From assembly GCA_965203805.1 (NCBI GenBank), contig OZ241917.1, positions 1,408,001 through 1,472,000 on the forward strand: 64,000 bases of DNA. The letters run 5' to 3'. Below are positions 37,011 to 47,721 of this stretch, in pieces. Numbering within the stretch: position 1 is the stretch's first letter; each line of letters begins with the position of its first letter. Below the pieces are notes generated by a model, which was not told the origin of the DNA, did no database searches, and saw only the letters and a program-made list of their open reading frames with translations. The DNA comes from Candidatus Latescibacterota bacterium (lineage in GTDB: Bacteria > Latescibacterota > UBA2968 > GCA-2709665). A program made the position numbers and the translations under genes.

Positions 37011-37907
37011 ATGCGTCTTGTGCTGGCTGTCTTTTCGGCGGTCTTCGCTCTTCAGATGTTTTGTTACAACTCCGACGTATGGTCCCAATCGGAACCCGTA
37101 GAGTCACCGCGCTCCGGTTGGTACGTCGGCGCGACACTGGGATTGAACCGGGCGAACGACATCGAGCAGGACGGTTGGAATCGGGATACGTTCTGTTACC
37201 CGACGGATGCCTGTTTCGATCTGGACCCCATTCCCCGGATCTCGGGATACCGCTGGCACTATAACGTCGAACCCGCCCGCGGCGCCGCGATCGAGGTCTC
37301 TTTCGGACGCGTGCTGGGACCCAAACGGCTGGAGCTATCGCTCGCGCAGAGGAAGAACGGCGTCAGCCAGGTCTTTCGAAGTGTCACCAATTACGACGGC
37401 GTGCGCATGGAGGACCGCCGGGGCGGCACGATCGCGTCCAACACCCGGGCTTCGATTGACGATCTCGTCGTGCGCTCGTTTTCGCTCAACGCATACTACG
37501 ATCTACATGGTGCGCGCATCGGTATTTCACCCTATATGGGCTTCGGGTTGGGAGCGGCGCAGGTCGTGATGGCCGGGGCGCACTTCTCGAACGACCACCA
37601 GGAAACATCGGTCGGCGGCCAGGTTTACGATCCTCCGCTCTCTTTCTACAACAGCCGCCAGGATGGAGACCTCTCCGACGTGGTTCCGGTCGGGAGCGTA
37701 CACGCGGGCGCTGACTACACGGTCGGCGACAGGACGACACTGGGACTGAAGTTGACGTACTCGATGACCGGCGGCGCTGAAGTCCGCGGGAAATATTCGA
37801 CGCATCCGATGCACAGCCTGGATCCGGACTTCCCAAACCACAATACGTTCGCCGGGGCCCGTCAATGGACGCTGACACTCAATGCCAGGCGGATTTTCGG
37901 CAACTGA
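37011..37907 (+). CDS. Outer-membrane beta-barrel protein (opacity-like)
   Basis: Signal peptide; GWYVGA, NAYYD, PYMGFGLG, terminal aromatic strand; GGAGGAG RBS. Confidence 0.75.
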   Translation: MRLVLAVFSAVFALQMFCYNSDVWSQSEPVESPRSGWYVGATLGLNRANDIEQDGWNRDTFCYPTDACFDLDPIPRISGYRWHYNVEPARGAAIEVSFGRVLGPKRLELSLAQRKNGVSQVFRSVTNYDGVRMEDRRGGTIASNTRASIDDLVVRSFSLNAYYDLHGARIGISPYMGFGLGAAQVVMAGAHFSNDHQETSVGGQVYDPPLSFYNSRQDGDLSDVVPVGSVHAGADYTVGDRTTLGLKLTYSMTGGAEVRGKYSTHPMHSLDPDFPNHNTFAGARQWTLTLNARRIFGN

Positions 37908-37980
37908 ATCGGCAATCCGGCGCGCTGGCGACCTGAGAGCACACTTTAATTCAATCCAGACATCCGTTGCGAGGATTGAC

Positions 37981-39288
37981 ATGGGAAAAAAGGCGAATTA
38001 TCCGGGATTGTCCGAACTCTACAGGCGTGATCCCGACAAAGCCGACAAACTCCTGTTCGGCCGCGAGACCCATCCCGACCGGCGCGGATTCCTGAAAGGC
38101 GCGGGACTGGCGATCATGGGGGCGATGGTCGGATCGACCATACCGTTCCACCGATACCTCCCCGCACACTTCATCCCTTCCGTGCTCGCCGCGGAAAGAA
38201 CCATTCGCGGCAAAGACGGGCTGGTTGTCATCAACGAACGCCCGGTCAATGCCGAAACCCCCGCCCACCTGCTGGACGACGCCATTACGCCCACGGAAAG
38301 GCATTTCATTCGGAACAACGGTTTTCCCCCGGAGAACACGGATGCGACGGGCTGGAAGCTGACGGTTGACGGCCTGGTGGACACGCCGATAACGTTGGAT
38401 ATCGACGACCTCAAACAACGGTTCGAGGTGGTCACCCGCGCGTTGGTGCTGGAGTGCGGCGGCAACGGCCGCGCGTTCTTCGACCCTCCCGCGAAGGGCG
38501 ATCATTGGACCTACGGCGCCGTGGGCTGCTCAGAATGGACGGGCGTTCGCCTCGCCGACGTCCTCAAAGCCGTCGGGGTGAAGAGAAGCGTCATCTATAC
38601 CGCGCATGAAGGCGCCGATACCCACCTCTCAGGCGAGCCGGGCAGGCTTCCCCTCTCGCGGGGCGTGCCGATCGAAAAGGCCATGGACGAACACAACCTC
38701 ATCGCTTTCGCCCAGAACGGAAGACCGATCCACCCCATGAACGGCGCGCCGCTTCGCCTGATCATCCCCGGGTGGCCGGGATCCTGCTCGCAGAAGTGGC
38801 TGACCCGCATCTGGCTGCGCGACCGGGTGCATGATGGTCCGAAGATGACCGGCACCTCCTACCGGGTCCCGAATCGCCCCGTCGCCCCGGGCGAGGAGGT
38901 GGACGAGAAAGACTTCAGGATCATACACAGCATGCCCGTCAAGTCGTTGATCACGAATCCGTCCAACGGCCACAGGACGGGCGACCGGTCGCTGACGGTC
39001 CGCGGCCACGCGTGGGCCGGCGACCGGCGGGTGGATGCCGTGCATCTCTCGATCGACTTCGGCGCAACGTGGATGAACACGGATCTGGACGACCCGGTGA
39101 ACCCGTACGCGTGGCAGAACTGGCGGGCAAGCGTCGCGTTTCCGCAGGCGGGGTATTACGAGGTCTGGGCCCGGGCGACCGACTCGCACGGTGAGCGCCA
39201 GCCGCATGCGATCGCGTGGAACCCACGGGGCTATCTCAATAACGCCATGCATCGGGTGGCGGTCACTGTAAAAAAGGATGAAGGATGA
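37981..39288 (+). CDS. Tat-exported sulfite oxidase family molybdoenzyme (SorA/SorT/SoxC-like)
   Basis: DRRGFLK Tat motif; NAETP, FIRNN, LECGGNGR, GAPLRLIIPGW, WNPRGY. Confidence 0.9.
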   Translation: MGKKANYPGLSELYRRDPDKADKLLFGRETHPDRRGFLKGAGLAIMGAMVGSTIPFHRYLPAHFIPSVLAAERTIRGKDGLVVINERPVNAETPAHLLDDAITPTERHFIRNNGFPPENTDATGWKLTVDGLVDTPITLDIDDLKQRFEVVTRALVLECGGNGRAFFDPPAKGDHWTYGAVGCSEWTGVRLADVLKAVGVKRSVIYTAHEGADTHLSGEPGRLPLSRGVPIEKAMDEHNLIAFAQNGRPIHPMNGAPLRLIIPGWPGSCSQKWLTRIWLRDRVHDGPKMTGTSYRVPNRPVAPGEEVDEKDFRIIHSMPVKSLITNPSNGHRTGDRSLTVRGHAWAGDRRVDAVHLSIDFGATWMNTDLDDPVNPYAWQNWRASVAFPQAGYYEVWARATDSHGERQPHAIAWNPRGYLNNAMHRVAVTVKKDEG

Positions 39289-39360
39289 CGGACAAATGAA
39301 AAAGGAAGAACGAAGAAGACTGATAGCTACTTGCGGCCTGCGCCGAACGGATTATTGACC

Positions 39361-40068
39361 ATGTCACTCACATCAGAACAGGTCCACCTGTTTCGCCACA
39401 TCGGCTTTCTCAGATTGGAAAACCGGCTTCCGAAGGCGCTTGTTGAAGCGCTCAAAGAAGCAATCTGGAGCAACATCCGCGAAGAGGTGGAACCGGTTGT
39501 GCGCGACCGCGAAGGGCGAGTCATTCGCCTCTCGGGCGTCGTGGACCGGGACCCTGTTTTCCTCGAGTCGGCGACCAGCCCCCTGGTACTGGATCCCCTG
39601 GAATCCCTTCTGGGCCCCAACATAGAGCTCATCAAGAACAGACACAACCACGCCACGCTCCGCCGGGCCTCGGAGCACCGTCCGGAAGGAATGCACCGGG
39701 ACGTCAGGCAGTGGTCGCGTACCATCTTCACGGTGCTCTTCTACCTGGAGGAAACAACCGTGGAAAACGGTTGCACCATGGTTGTCCCGGGCTCCCACCA
39801 TTTTCCGGGCGTTGAAGGCCGCCTATACGACGACGACGCAACGCTGCGTCTCCTTGAACAGGCGGTGCCCGTGCCCATGCCCGAAGGCGGGATGCTCGTG
39901 ATCGACAGCATGATCATGCACGGCGTTGGGCGGAACCTGACCGACGGCACCCGTATGAGCATGACCCTGGGATACCACAGCGTGGACGAAATCGCCGACG
40001 TGGTGAATCCGCACCGGATGCTTGTGCGCGGAGAACGCCCCTACGACGGCAATGTGCCACGGAGATAG
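39361..40068 (+). CDS. PhyH family dioxygenase
   Basis: MHRD, ENGCTMVVPGSH, MHG. Confidence 0.85.
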   Translation: MSLTSEQVHLFRHIGFLRLENRLPKALVEALKEAIWSNIREEVEPVVRDREGRVIRLSGVVDRDPVFLESATSPLVLDPLESLLGPNIELIKNRHNHATLRRASEHRPEGMHRDVRQWSRTIFTVLFYLEETTVENGCTMVVPGSHHFPGVEGRLYDDDATLRLLEQAVPVPMPEGGMLVIDSMIMHGVGRNLTDGTRMSMTLGYHSVDEIADVVNPHRMLVRGERPYDGNVPRR

Positions 40069-40464
40069 CGCCTCATCCTTTCACGTTGTTTCAGTAAGCC
40101 GGCCATGTGATCGCGAATCGATTACGGATGAAATAACCCTTATATTCCCAATGGTTAATCCAAGGTCCCGCCAATTCACGGTATGGATTGCGATCGGCCC
40201 TGCCATTGCGTATCTTGCACCAGGGCTTGTGACAACACACCATCGGATTTCAGGCGGTTTTTTACGGAAGGCCCAGTAATCGTCGGGAAACTGCCTGATC
40301 CACGCCTGTCAGGGGGCGGCGCGGAAACGGAAGTAAGGTGCAGTGCGCCGTACACTTTGTGCCCACAGGCATTCAGAGAGTTACGGCGATTCGACAGCAG
40401 AACCCGGACCACGTCGACGCTCAGTTCAATACCATTGGCCATTCGTGCAATGAGTTTTCGGTTT

Positions 40465-40803
40465 ATGAATGCGAAAGCTCCACAAATTACAGAACCGCTT
40501 TTGGATGAGATCACGAGAAAAATCGTCGATCACTTTCATCCGGTTCAAATTGTACTTTTCGGCTCCTATGCCTATGGAGAGCCAACGAACGATAGCGACA
40601 TAGATTTGCTTGTCATAATGGACTCAGAATTGCGCCCGACAGCGCGAAGCGCCGCGGTTGCCAACATCTGTCGCCCCAAATATGTCGCGATGGATATTGT
40701 CGTGCGTACACCTGAAGAAATCCAAACCCGCCTGCGTGACTTCGATCCATTTCTCGAAGGAATCTTTAAATTTGGACGCACCCTTTACAAATCAGCCGGG
40801 TGA
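40465..40803 (+). CDS. Minimal nucleotidyltransferase (MNT antitoxin)
   Basis: VLFGSYAYG..DSDIDLL. Confidence 0.85.
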   Translation: MNAKAPQITEPLLDEITRKIVDHFHPVQIVLFGSYAYGEPTNDSDIDLLVIMDSELRPTARSAAVANICRPKYVAMDIVVRTPEEIQTRLRDFDPFLEGIFKFGRTLYKSAG

Positions 40804-41182
40804 TATACAAGCGTGGGTCTAAAAAGCGGAAGAGGACTATCGCACGGCCACTACAATGGTTCGGAAACGCAGCGAACCTGTTCCCGACAATGTTTGTTTC
40901 TGCGCGCATCAGTGCATTGAAAAGTACCTCAAAGCTTTTCTTGTTTTTCATCGCGTTCATTTTCCGAAAACTCACGATCTTCTGGCACTGTTGGATTTCG
41001 CGGTGGATATAGATTCCGATCTCGAGGAATTGCGACTTGATCTCAATTATCTATACCCGTTTGCCGTTGAATATCGCTATCCCGGGGAAAACGCGACTGT
41101 CGAAGAATCAAGAAAGACAGTAAGGGTAATGCGGCGCGGGCGGCGCATTCTGAGGGCGAAACTAAACATCGGAGATGCATAA
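40772..41182 (+). pseudogene. HEPN domain gene with in-frame TAA at 40820-40822
   Basis: TTG 40772 reads ..DIQAWV*KAEEDY..CFCAHQCIEKYLKA..THDL..YRYPG; the stop splits the first HEPN helix; a truncated ORF runs from ATG 40856. Confidence 0.75.
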
Positions 41183-41197
41183 CGTCCAAAGAAGGCG

Positions 41198-41722
41198 CTA
41201 CATCTCCAGTGTTACGGATTCAGCGTGTCCCTTCCACTTTCCGGTCACAGAATAAATGACCGTTTCGTGGCAGACGACGATCACCCGCTGAAGGGACCGG
41301 TGTCTTTCCATTACACGACCGACGCGCTCGCGAACGCTGGACAGCGGCTCCCAGTCTTTCGTTTCACCGGGCGGCCACTCCCCGTCGGACTCAAGCATTT
41401 CAGCCACTGTTTCGTTGACCTGCTCCAGCGAATCGCGCCATCCGCAGATCCATTCGTGCAGATCGAATTCGACGTGTAGCGGAATACCGAGCCTGCGGCT
41501 GACGATGGCGGCCGATTGGAGCGCCCTCGTCATCGGGGACGATATAACCAGTTGATAATTCGCGGCTTCCAGGTCATCGGACGCTTTCTCGATCTGGCGA
41601 ATTCCGGTTGCAGTCAACGGAACGATATGGGCCGCCCAGCCGACGGCGGCGCCCTTGAGTTCACCTCCGGCAGCCAGGCGCCAGTCAGGCTCTCCGTGCC
41701 GAATAAGATGGAAAGTCGTCAT
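41198..41722 (-). CDS. Histidine phosphatase family protein
   Basis: LIRHGE, SSPMTRALQSA, VVCH. Confidence 0.88.
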   Translation of the reverse strand: MTTFHLIRHGEPDWRLAAGGELKGAAVGWAAHIVPLTATGIRQIEKASDDLEAANYQLVISSPMTRALQSAAIVSRRLGIPLHVEFDLHEWICGWRDSLEQVNETVAEMLESDGEWPPGETKDWEPLSSVRERVGRVMERHRSLQRVIVVCHETVIYSVTGKWKGHAESVTLEM

Positions 41723-41800
41723 TTCTTTAACGAGGAATGCAAGACCATACCGGGCGCAAGCGTGCCTGGACGATACGGTTTCAGGATCCCCTGTCTGATC

Positions 41801-43876
41801 TCAATTTGAATTCTCCAGCACGGCCACATAGGCATCATAAAGATGCTGGACCCTCTCGACATAGTGCACGGGTTGCCCGCCGCGGCAGAAACCGTAACGA
41901 GCCCGCTCGTAGTATTCGGGCTGTGAGAGCAGGCGCATCGCCTGTTCCACGTGGCCGAACCAGAGGTCCGGGTCCCATCCCTTCTCGCGCGCCAGGCGGC
42001 GGGCGTCCAGCAGATGTCCGTACCCGGCGTTGTAGGATGCCAGGGCAAAGCGAATTCGCGACTGCATTGGGATCTCGTGATCGAAACGCCCGATCAGCTG
42101 ATGCATGTACTTGGTGCCCGCGTGTATTCCCTGGTCCGGATCCTCGAGTTTTTCAAAACCCAGCTGGAGTCCCGTTTTCGGCATTACCTGCATCAATCCC
42201 TTCGCACCGACCCAGCTGACGGCGTCTGGATTGAACCTGGACTCCTGGTACATCTGCGCGGTTATCAGGCGCCAGTCCTGCCCGTATTGAACTGCGTACT
42301 TTTTCGTCAGGTCGTCGTACGGAGACAATTGTCCGCTCAGGTCGACCCGCGTCGAATCCTTGGCCCTGGCGATCCCGCGGCTGTTTTCGAAGTACCTTTT
42401 CTTCATCATGTTGAAATAGAGACCGCCCTTTTCGCGCCTGACGTACTGATTGAGAGATTCCAGAAGGGCGGGGTTTTCCTTGCGCACCGCCCAGCCAAGA
42501 CGTACGGTTTTGATGCTGAAGGCGGCTTTGAGACGACGGCCGTACGAACGTTCCACGTCGAGCAGGTTGGAATCCGCAAGCGTGAGGTCGTAGTCTCCGG
42601 ACTCGACCCGTGCGAGTATTTCCTCGGTCTCGACGTCGTCGGGCAGTTTGACAATCCGCAGGTCTTCGACGGAGTCCTGCAGTGCTTTCAGCGTCATGTA
42701 GAAGGAGGAACTCTCGCGCACGTGGACCGTCCGGCCTGCCAGATCGCCGAGGCTGGATACCGAATTATCCTCCGCATGTGTGACCACAACCTCCTCCACT
42801 TCGTTATATGGCCACGTAAAGTCCGCCTCGGCCTGCCGCGCCGGGGTGATGGTCATCGCCGCGGCCACCACGTCTCCCTTGCCCTCATTCAAATGGGACA
42901 GCAGTTCGGCATGCGACTTCGGAATGACGATCTCGAGGCGCAATCCGTGTTCCGAGGCGAACTTCTTCATCAGCTCGTACTCGAATCCTACCTGCAGGCC
43001 CCGGTGTATGAAATACGTCATCGGGTTGTTGCGCGTGATCATGCGCAGCCGGCCCCGCTCGATCAGGCCCGGGAGATCGTCCGTGAATTCATGCTGCCGC
43101 TCTCGAGAAAAGTGCCGGGCCAGTAGAAATTCGTCCACTTTGGTCTTGAGTTCGGTATCCTCGGGCCGCATCATCACCGCGATCGGGCGGTCCCTCGCCA
43201 GCACAAGGGAGGTTGTCAGGCTGTCATAATAGCTGGACAGGGCGTGCCACAGATGCGAATCAGACAGCGTGGCCTGGTATTCCCCGCTGGCGACGCCATC
43301 CAGCAAGGCTTCGATGTTCTGGGTTTCCGGTACGGTCCGGATTCGCAGGGACGGCACCTGCCGCTGCAGGTTGACAAGCGTCTGATAGTACGAGCTCGAG
43401 CGCCGAACGCTGATTTCCGTGCCCGCCAGGTCATCGATCTTCCGCGGAAGTTCGCCGCCGGTTCTGGTCACCAGATATTCGTCCACGTACATATACGGGA
43501 CCGAGAACGCGGCTTGCTTCCGGCGTTCCGGTGTTATGGTCAGGCTGGCCACCACGATGTCGCCCTCGCCCTCGAGCAGCATCCCCATCATTCTGGAAAA
43601 GTCCCCGACCTTGACAAGCCGGGGCTTCAATTTGAGCGACTCCGCAAGCTCCCGCGCGATATCATAGGCGATTGTCACGTGCTGCCCGTGCCGCGGCAGA
43701 TAGGCAATCGGTTCGAGGGGCACGATCGCCCTGAGTTCGCCCCGCGACCTCATTTCGGTAAGGTCGCCCGTGTATTTGGCCGAAGCAGACGGGGGCTCTT
43801 CAGGCTGGCTGCACTGTAACAGAACGCTCAGTGCGGCGAGAACAATGCAGACCTGAGCCCCGAGTCGGTGAAACAT
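41801..43876 (-). CDS. mltF: Membrane-bound lytic murein transglycosylase F-like (two substrate-binding domains + SLT)
   Basis: Lipoprotein-like signal; two SBP_bac_3 repeats; YQESRF, GLMQV, ASYNAG. Confidence 0.85.
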   Translation of the reverse strand: MFHRLGAQVCIVLAALSVLLQCSQPEEPPSASAKYTGDLTEMRSRGELRAIVPLEPIAYLPRHGQHVTIAYDIARELAESLKLKPRLVKVGDFSRMMGMLLEGEGDIVVASLTITPERRKQAAFSVPYMYVDEYLVTRTGGELPRKIDDLAGTEISVRRSSSYYQTLVNLQRQVPSLRIRTVPETQNIEALLDGVASGEYQATLSDSHLWHALSSYYDSLTTSLVLARDRPIAVMMRPEDTELKTKVDEFLLARHFSRERQHEFTDDLPGLIERGRLRMITRNNPMTYFIHRGLQVGFEYELMKKFASEHGLRLEIVIPKSHAELLSHLNEGKGDVVAAAMTITPARQAEADFTWPYNEVEEVVVTHAEDNSVSSLGDLAGRTVHVRESSSFYMTLKALQDSVEDLRIVKLPDDVETEEILARVESGDYDLTLADSNLLDVERSYGRRLKAAFSIKTVRLGWAVRKENPALLESLNQYVRREKGGLYFNMMKKRYFENSRGIARAKDSTRVDLSGQLSPYDDLTKKYAVQYGQDWRLITAQMYQESRFNPDAVSWVGAKGLMQVMPKTGLQLGFEKLEDPDQGIHAGTKYMHQLIGRFDHEIPMQSRIRFALASYNAGYGHLLDARRLAREKGWDPDLWFGHVEQAMRLLSQPEYYERARYGFCRGGQPVHYVERVQHLYDAYVAVLENSN

Positions 43877-43974
43877 CCGAATCTCCTGATTGCGATGTTT
43901 GGCTGTTTTCTGTGCTCGTTCTTTAACGTCCCGGGAGACGCGAAGTTTCCGGTTAAGGGCCGAACGACGCCGGA

Positions 43975-44787
43975 TCAGCCGCCCGGCTTCCGTCCGATGT
44001 AGAGGATGTGTCTGGAGGAGGCGACGATGCTCGGTTCCGCGCTGACTTCGAAGAGCAGATCCAGCCAGAGTTCTCTCTGCTTCCCTTCAAGCGCGTTGTA
44101 ACTCTCGTCATCGGCGGAGATAGCCGGCTCCACGCCCGCAATCTTCAGCGTCTGGAATCCTGCGCCCTCGTGCATGGGGGCGACATCCTGGTATCGCACG
44201 AAATATCCGCGAAAGCCCCCTTTAGGGGCGTCGAGCGGGCGATGGCCATACCTGACCACAGACCGCACTTCCTCCCGGTTTTCGATCCAACCGGGGGTCT
44301 TCCTGATCAGGGCCCCCAAAATGCCGTACCTGGATATCATCGCGGAAAAGATGGCGCCGCCCGGTTTCAGGCAGGCGATGGCGCATTGCAGCGCTGCCGA
44401 CCGGTCGGTTTCCAACACGAGATGGTACAGGGGTCCCATCAGAAGAACGGCGTCGAAATTCCCGCAAGGTATGCCGTCCAGCGTGCGCGCATCGCCCACC
44501 CGGACGTCGACCCCGTCGGACAGGCCCAGCGCCTCGGCCCTCGCCCTGCAACGGATCACGAATTCATCGGCGAGGTCCACCGCCGTGATCCGATAGCCGC
44601 GCTTCGCCAGGGCAAACGTGTACGACCCCGTACCGCATCCGATATCGAGAATCCTCCCGCTAGACGGGAGGTACAGATCCAGGTAGCGCCAGGTCAGATC
44701 GGCTTCCAGCTGATGGCGCGTCAGGCGGTCGTCCTCGCCGTCCCAGGCGGCGTTGTAGAACTCGCGTATGTCGCTCACGTCGTCCAC
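43975..44787 (-). CDS. Class I SAM-dependent methyltransferase
   Basis: ILDIGCGTG, FDAVLLMGPLYHL. Confidence 0.88.
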   Translation of the reverse strand: MDDVSDIREFYNAAWDGEDDRLTRHQLEADLTWRYLDLYLPSSGRILDIGCGTGSYTFALAKRGYRITAVDLADEFVIRCRARAEALGLSDGVDVRVGDARTLDGIPCGNFDAVLLMGPLYHLVLETDRSAALQCAIACLKPGGAIFSAMISRYGILGALIRKTPGWIENREEVRSVVRYGHRPLDAPKGGFRGYFVRYQDVAPMHEGAGFQTLKIAGVEPAISADDESYNALEGKQRELWLDLLFEVSAEPSIVASSRHILYIGRKPGG

Positions 44788-44889
44788 GGGAACACCATCG
44801 GGTTTGACTCGTCAACAATCCTGTACCGCCGCGTGCATGAGACTGTGCAGGCCCCCGGCGGCGGCGGACGAATGCAGGCAATCCTTCTC

Positions 44890-45531
44890 CTAACCGTACA
44901 TCGACAGGTCATCCCAACCCGCGAGCAGATGCGGTCGGACCATCGAGGCGTCGGGCCGCCAGTCCTCCCATCCCTCCGAATACGGCCCTCCGGAGCCCTC
45001 GATTTCGGCTACGGCACGGTCTCCCTCTTCCCTCACCGCCCTGCCCTCTTCGGGTGTCATTCGACCCTGGCCGACCGCAAGATCCAGTTCATCGCGGTCC
45101 TTCCACCTCCAGCGCCGGTCCGGTTCAACGACAATGTCCAACTGGTGATCCCTGTAATCAAACCCCAACTCGGTACGCGTCAATTGACTCTGAAGGTTGA
45201 CGTACCATCCCTGAAATACGCCATCGGCCGACCATCGGACCCAGGTTGCGCGACGTTCGCCAAGCCGCACGAGAATCAGAAGCTCCGCCCACTGCCATAC
45301 CGAGTCCACCATTGACCAGGACCGGTTGACCCAATCCCGTGGTTTACCTGGCATGTCGCGCGTGAACTCGGGCTTCTTCGCCGGCGTCCCAAGCGGAAGC
45401 CATAACCGGACTCGTGAAACCGAATCCTCGACTACGGTGACGGGCTTTACGTCGATGATCCGACCGTTCTCGTCAAGATCCCGATAGAGGATCGATTCCC
45501 CGCTGCGGAACCTGGATCGCACGGTTTCCAT
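44890..45531 (-). CDS. DUF402 (FomD-like) protein
   Basis: GWYVNLQ, DHQLDIVV, WKDRDEL. Confidence 0.8.
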   Translation of the reverse strand: METVRSRFRSGESILYRDLDENGRIIDVKPVTVVEDSVSRVRLWLPLGTPAKKPEFTRDMPGKPRDWVNRSWSMVDSVWQWAELLILVRLGERRATWVRWSADGVFQGWYVNLQSQLTRTELGFDYRDHQLDIVVEPDRRWRWKDRDELDLAVGQGRMTPEEGRAVREEGDRAVAEIEGSGGPYSEGWEDWRPDASMVRPHLLAGWDDLSMYG

Positions 45532-45575
45532 GGAACGGGCTCCTCCGTGATCGGAACACACGATATGACGAAACG

Positions 45576-46046
45576 TCAGTCCGCCATTGCCGTTGCTCCG
45601 TTGGCGAAATCTCCACCTTCGAGATTGCCGTTATCGACGAACCACTGCGAATTTGCGTACAGCGCCATCACCGACTTGTGCTTGAGGAACCCCTCTTTTC
45701 TGTAGAAATCCTGCTGGCCGTGTACCCCCGCCAGGATGACTCTTGGAACGGCGAGTTTCCTGAGGATCGAGCTCAAGATGGCTCGCCCGATACCCTGGCG
45801 TTGAAACTCCGGCGCGACGACAAGCTCGCACACGGTCGTAGACGATTCGTCGTCGGATATCGCCCGACCGCCTCCCACGAGCGCCTCGCCGTTGAACGCG
45901 AAACAACAGACCTCGCTATTGGAATACGCGCGGCGGAGCTTTCCGGGATCGAGCTTTCCCAGCGGAACGCGCCTGTAGACTTCGGCCAGGTCCTTCCAAT
46001 TGACGCCTCTTGCATTTTCCCGATAGACAATTTCACTCGTCGACAT
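45576..46046 (-). CDS. GNAT N-acetyltransferase
   Basis: VAPEFQRQGIG, FYRKEGF; real start at ATG 46046 (upstream part of the track ORF is an alternate frame of the next gene). Confidence 0.85.
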   Translation of the reverse strand: MSTSEIVYRENARGVNWKDLAEVYRRVPLGKLDPGKLRRAYSNSEVCCFAFNGEALVGGGRAISDDESSTTVCELVVAPEFQRQGIGRAILSSILRKLAVPRVILAGVHGQQDFYRKEGFLKHKSVMALYANSQWFVDNGNLEGGDFANGATAMAD

Positions 46047-46156
46047 GTTCCCCCCAGTTGATTCGTGGCGTTTTGCATCTGAGACGTTTGACGTTTTGAG
46101 TTCTCGATTTCGAAGCGCGAAGGGTTCGTAGATCAGACTTCCGAATCGACGCCGCC

Positions 46157-46720
46157 TCAACGTACGTCCGGCGCCGCCCCGGCTTGCCGTAATCCACCAC
46201 GATCGGCTTCCTTCTTCAGGGCATTCACGAATTTTTCGACCTCCGTACCCGACCGCAGGATCACGACATTTTTTGTATCCCTGATCCGTTCCAGGTACTC
46301 CAGGATGCCCGGCAGGCGTGTCCTGTTGTAGTTCCAGATCCACTCCAGGAATTCGCGATCCGGCAACTGCTCCCGACACCCGGGATGGATGTCCGGCCGG
46401 CTGCGTCCCAAGTGCCTGATCGCCCTCCTGAATACCCGAAACAGGCAGGTGAACCGGGACAGCGCCAGCAGGATCACCGTATCGCCGGCTTCTATCCGCT
46501 CCTTCATCGTGCCGCCGTAGTTCCCGTCCAGTATCCAGGCCTCGCGACACAAGAGGTCCCGGTGCCGGCGCTGCCATTCCTCCTGCGGCGGTTTCTGCCA
46601 GTCGGGTTTCCAATAGACGGCGTCCAGGTGGACCACCGGCAGGTCCAGCAACGATCCGAGCCTGACCGCCAACGTGGACTTTCCAGCGCCGCCGCAACCG
46701 ATAATGCAGACCCGTCGCAT
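46157..46720 (-). CDS. FlaR-like / adenylate kinase-like P-loop protein
   Basis: IIGCGGAGKST, HLDAVYW, WILDGNY. Confidence 0.85.
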   Translation of the reverse strand: MRRVCIIGCGGAGKSTLAVRLGSLLDLPVVHLDAVYWKPDWQKPPQEEWQRRHRDLLCREAWILDGNYGGTMKERIEAGDTVILLALSRFTCLFRVFRRAIRHLGRSRPDIHPGCREQLPDREFLEWIWNYNRTRLPGILEYLERIRDTKNVVILRSGTEVEKFVNALKKEADRGGLRQAGAAPDVR

Positions 46721-46786
46721 ACCGGAAACGGCGTCATCGGTTCCGGTTTCTGACTGTGTGTGTTCGTTTATCGTCGCGCGCACGCC

Positions 46787-47647
46787 TTATCCCCATTTCA
46801 AGTCTGAAACGACCGGATAGTGGTCGCTGGGGTAGAGCGAACCCCGGTGGCGCCGTACGATCTCGGAATTTTCCACCCTCACCTCAAGGCCGGGGCAGCG
46901 GTAGAGTACCCAGTCCAAACGCCACGAGAGATGATGTTGTCGCAGGTCGTATGCCGGTCCGTCATAGCCGTGATAGGTATTCGACTCCGGACCGTCGCGA
47001 TGTCCGGCGCTCAGAAACGCGTCTTCGAAGCCTTCCCCGAGAAGGAAGCGATGTACCGCGTCGGTGATGGTGCTGCCCGCCGCGGCGGGATCCTCCACCG
47101 CGGGCGTCCACGGGTTACAGTTGAAGTCTGCGGTCAGCAATTGGCGCTCCCCAGGTCGTGCAGCCGACGATATCCATCGGTTCAGCAGCGATGCGCCTTC
47201 GGTCCGCGCCTCCTCGCTGATGTGATCGAGATGGGTGTTGACGTGAAGGAATTCCACGTCAGTCGCCAGGTCGTGAAACCGGACCCACGTCGCGGTCCGA
47301 ACGCAGGCCGACCCCCAGGAACGCGAGTAGCCATCCGGCGTGTCGCTGATCCAGAATCCGCCCCTCGAGCGTGGCTGAAGCCTCTCCCGCCGCCAGTAAA
47401 CCGGGTTGAATAGATGGGGCGGATCATTCGCGTGCGGACCCTGGAAGCTGTCGTATGCCGTGAGCGCTTCGCCAAACGTGGCGAAATTGGGCCACTGAAT
47501 TTCCTGAAAGCCGATAAGATCCGGCGACGAATCATCGATCACGTCGCAAACCAGCGTGGATCGCCCTGAACCGATCCAGGCGTTCCCCGGCTCGTGTTCG
47601 TCGTATCCGCCGGCCAGGTTGAAACTCATGACGCGAAGACTCTGCAT
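46787..47647 (-). CDS. Endonuclease/exonuclease/phosphatase family protein
   Basis: MSFN, GFQE, NTHLDH, ADFN, LDW, PSDHYP. Confidence 0.9.
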   Translation of the reverse strand: MQSLRVMSFNLAGGYDEHEPGNAWIGSGRSTLVCDVIDDSSPDLIGFQEIQWPNFATFGEALTAYDSFQGPHANDPPHLFNPVYWRRERLQPRSRGGFWISDTPDGYSRSWGSACVRTATWVRFHDLATDVEFLHVNTHLDHISEEARTEGASLLNRWISSAARPGERQLLTADFNCNPWTPAVEDPAAAGSTITDAVHRFLLGEGFEDAFLSAGHRDGPESNTYHGYDGPAYDLRQHHLSWRLDWVLYRCPGLEVRVENSEIVRRHRGSLYPSDHYPVVSDLKWG

Positions 47648-47721
47648 CTTTCTGTGTGGTCCTTTCGTTTTGCGTCGTGTATGGACTCGATGTCCGGAAC
47701 CCGCACCCTTCGACGCCTGGA

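Noticed and set aside
40820-40822. Stop-codon recoding in HEPN gene
   Set aside because: Codon is TAA, not used for Sec or Pyl; a nonsense mutation or sequencing error is simpler
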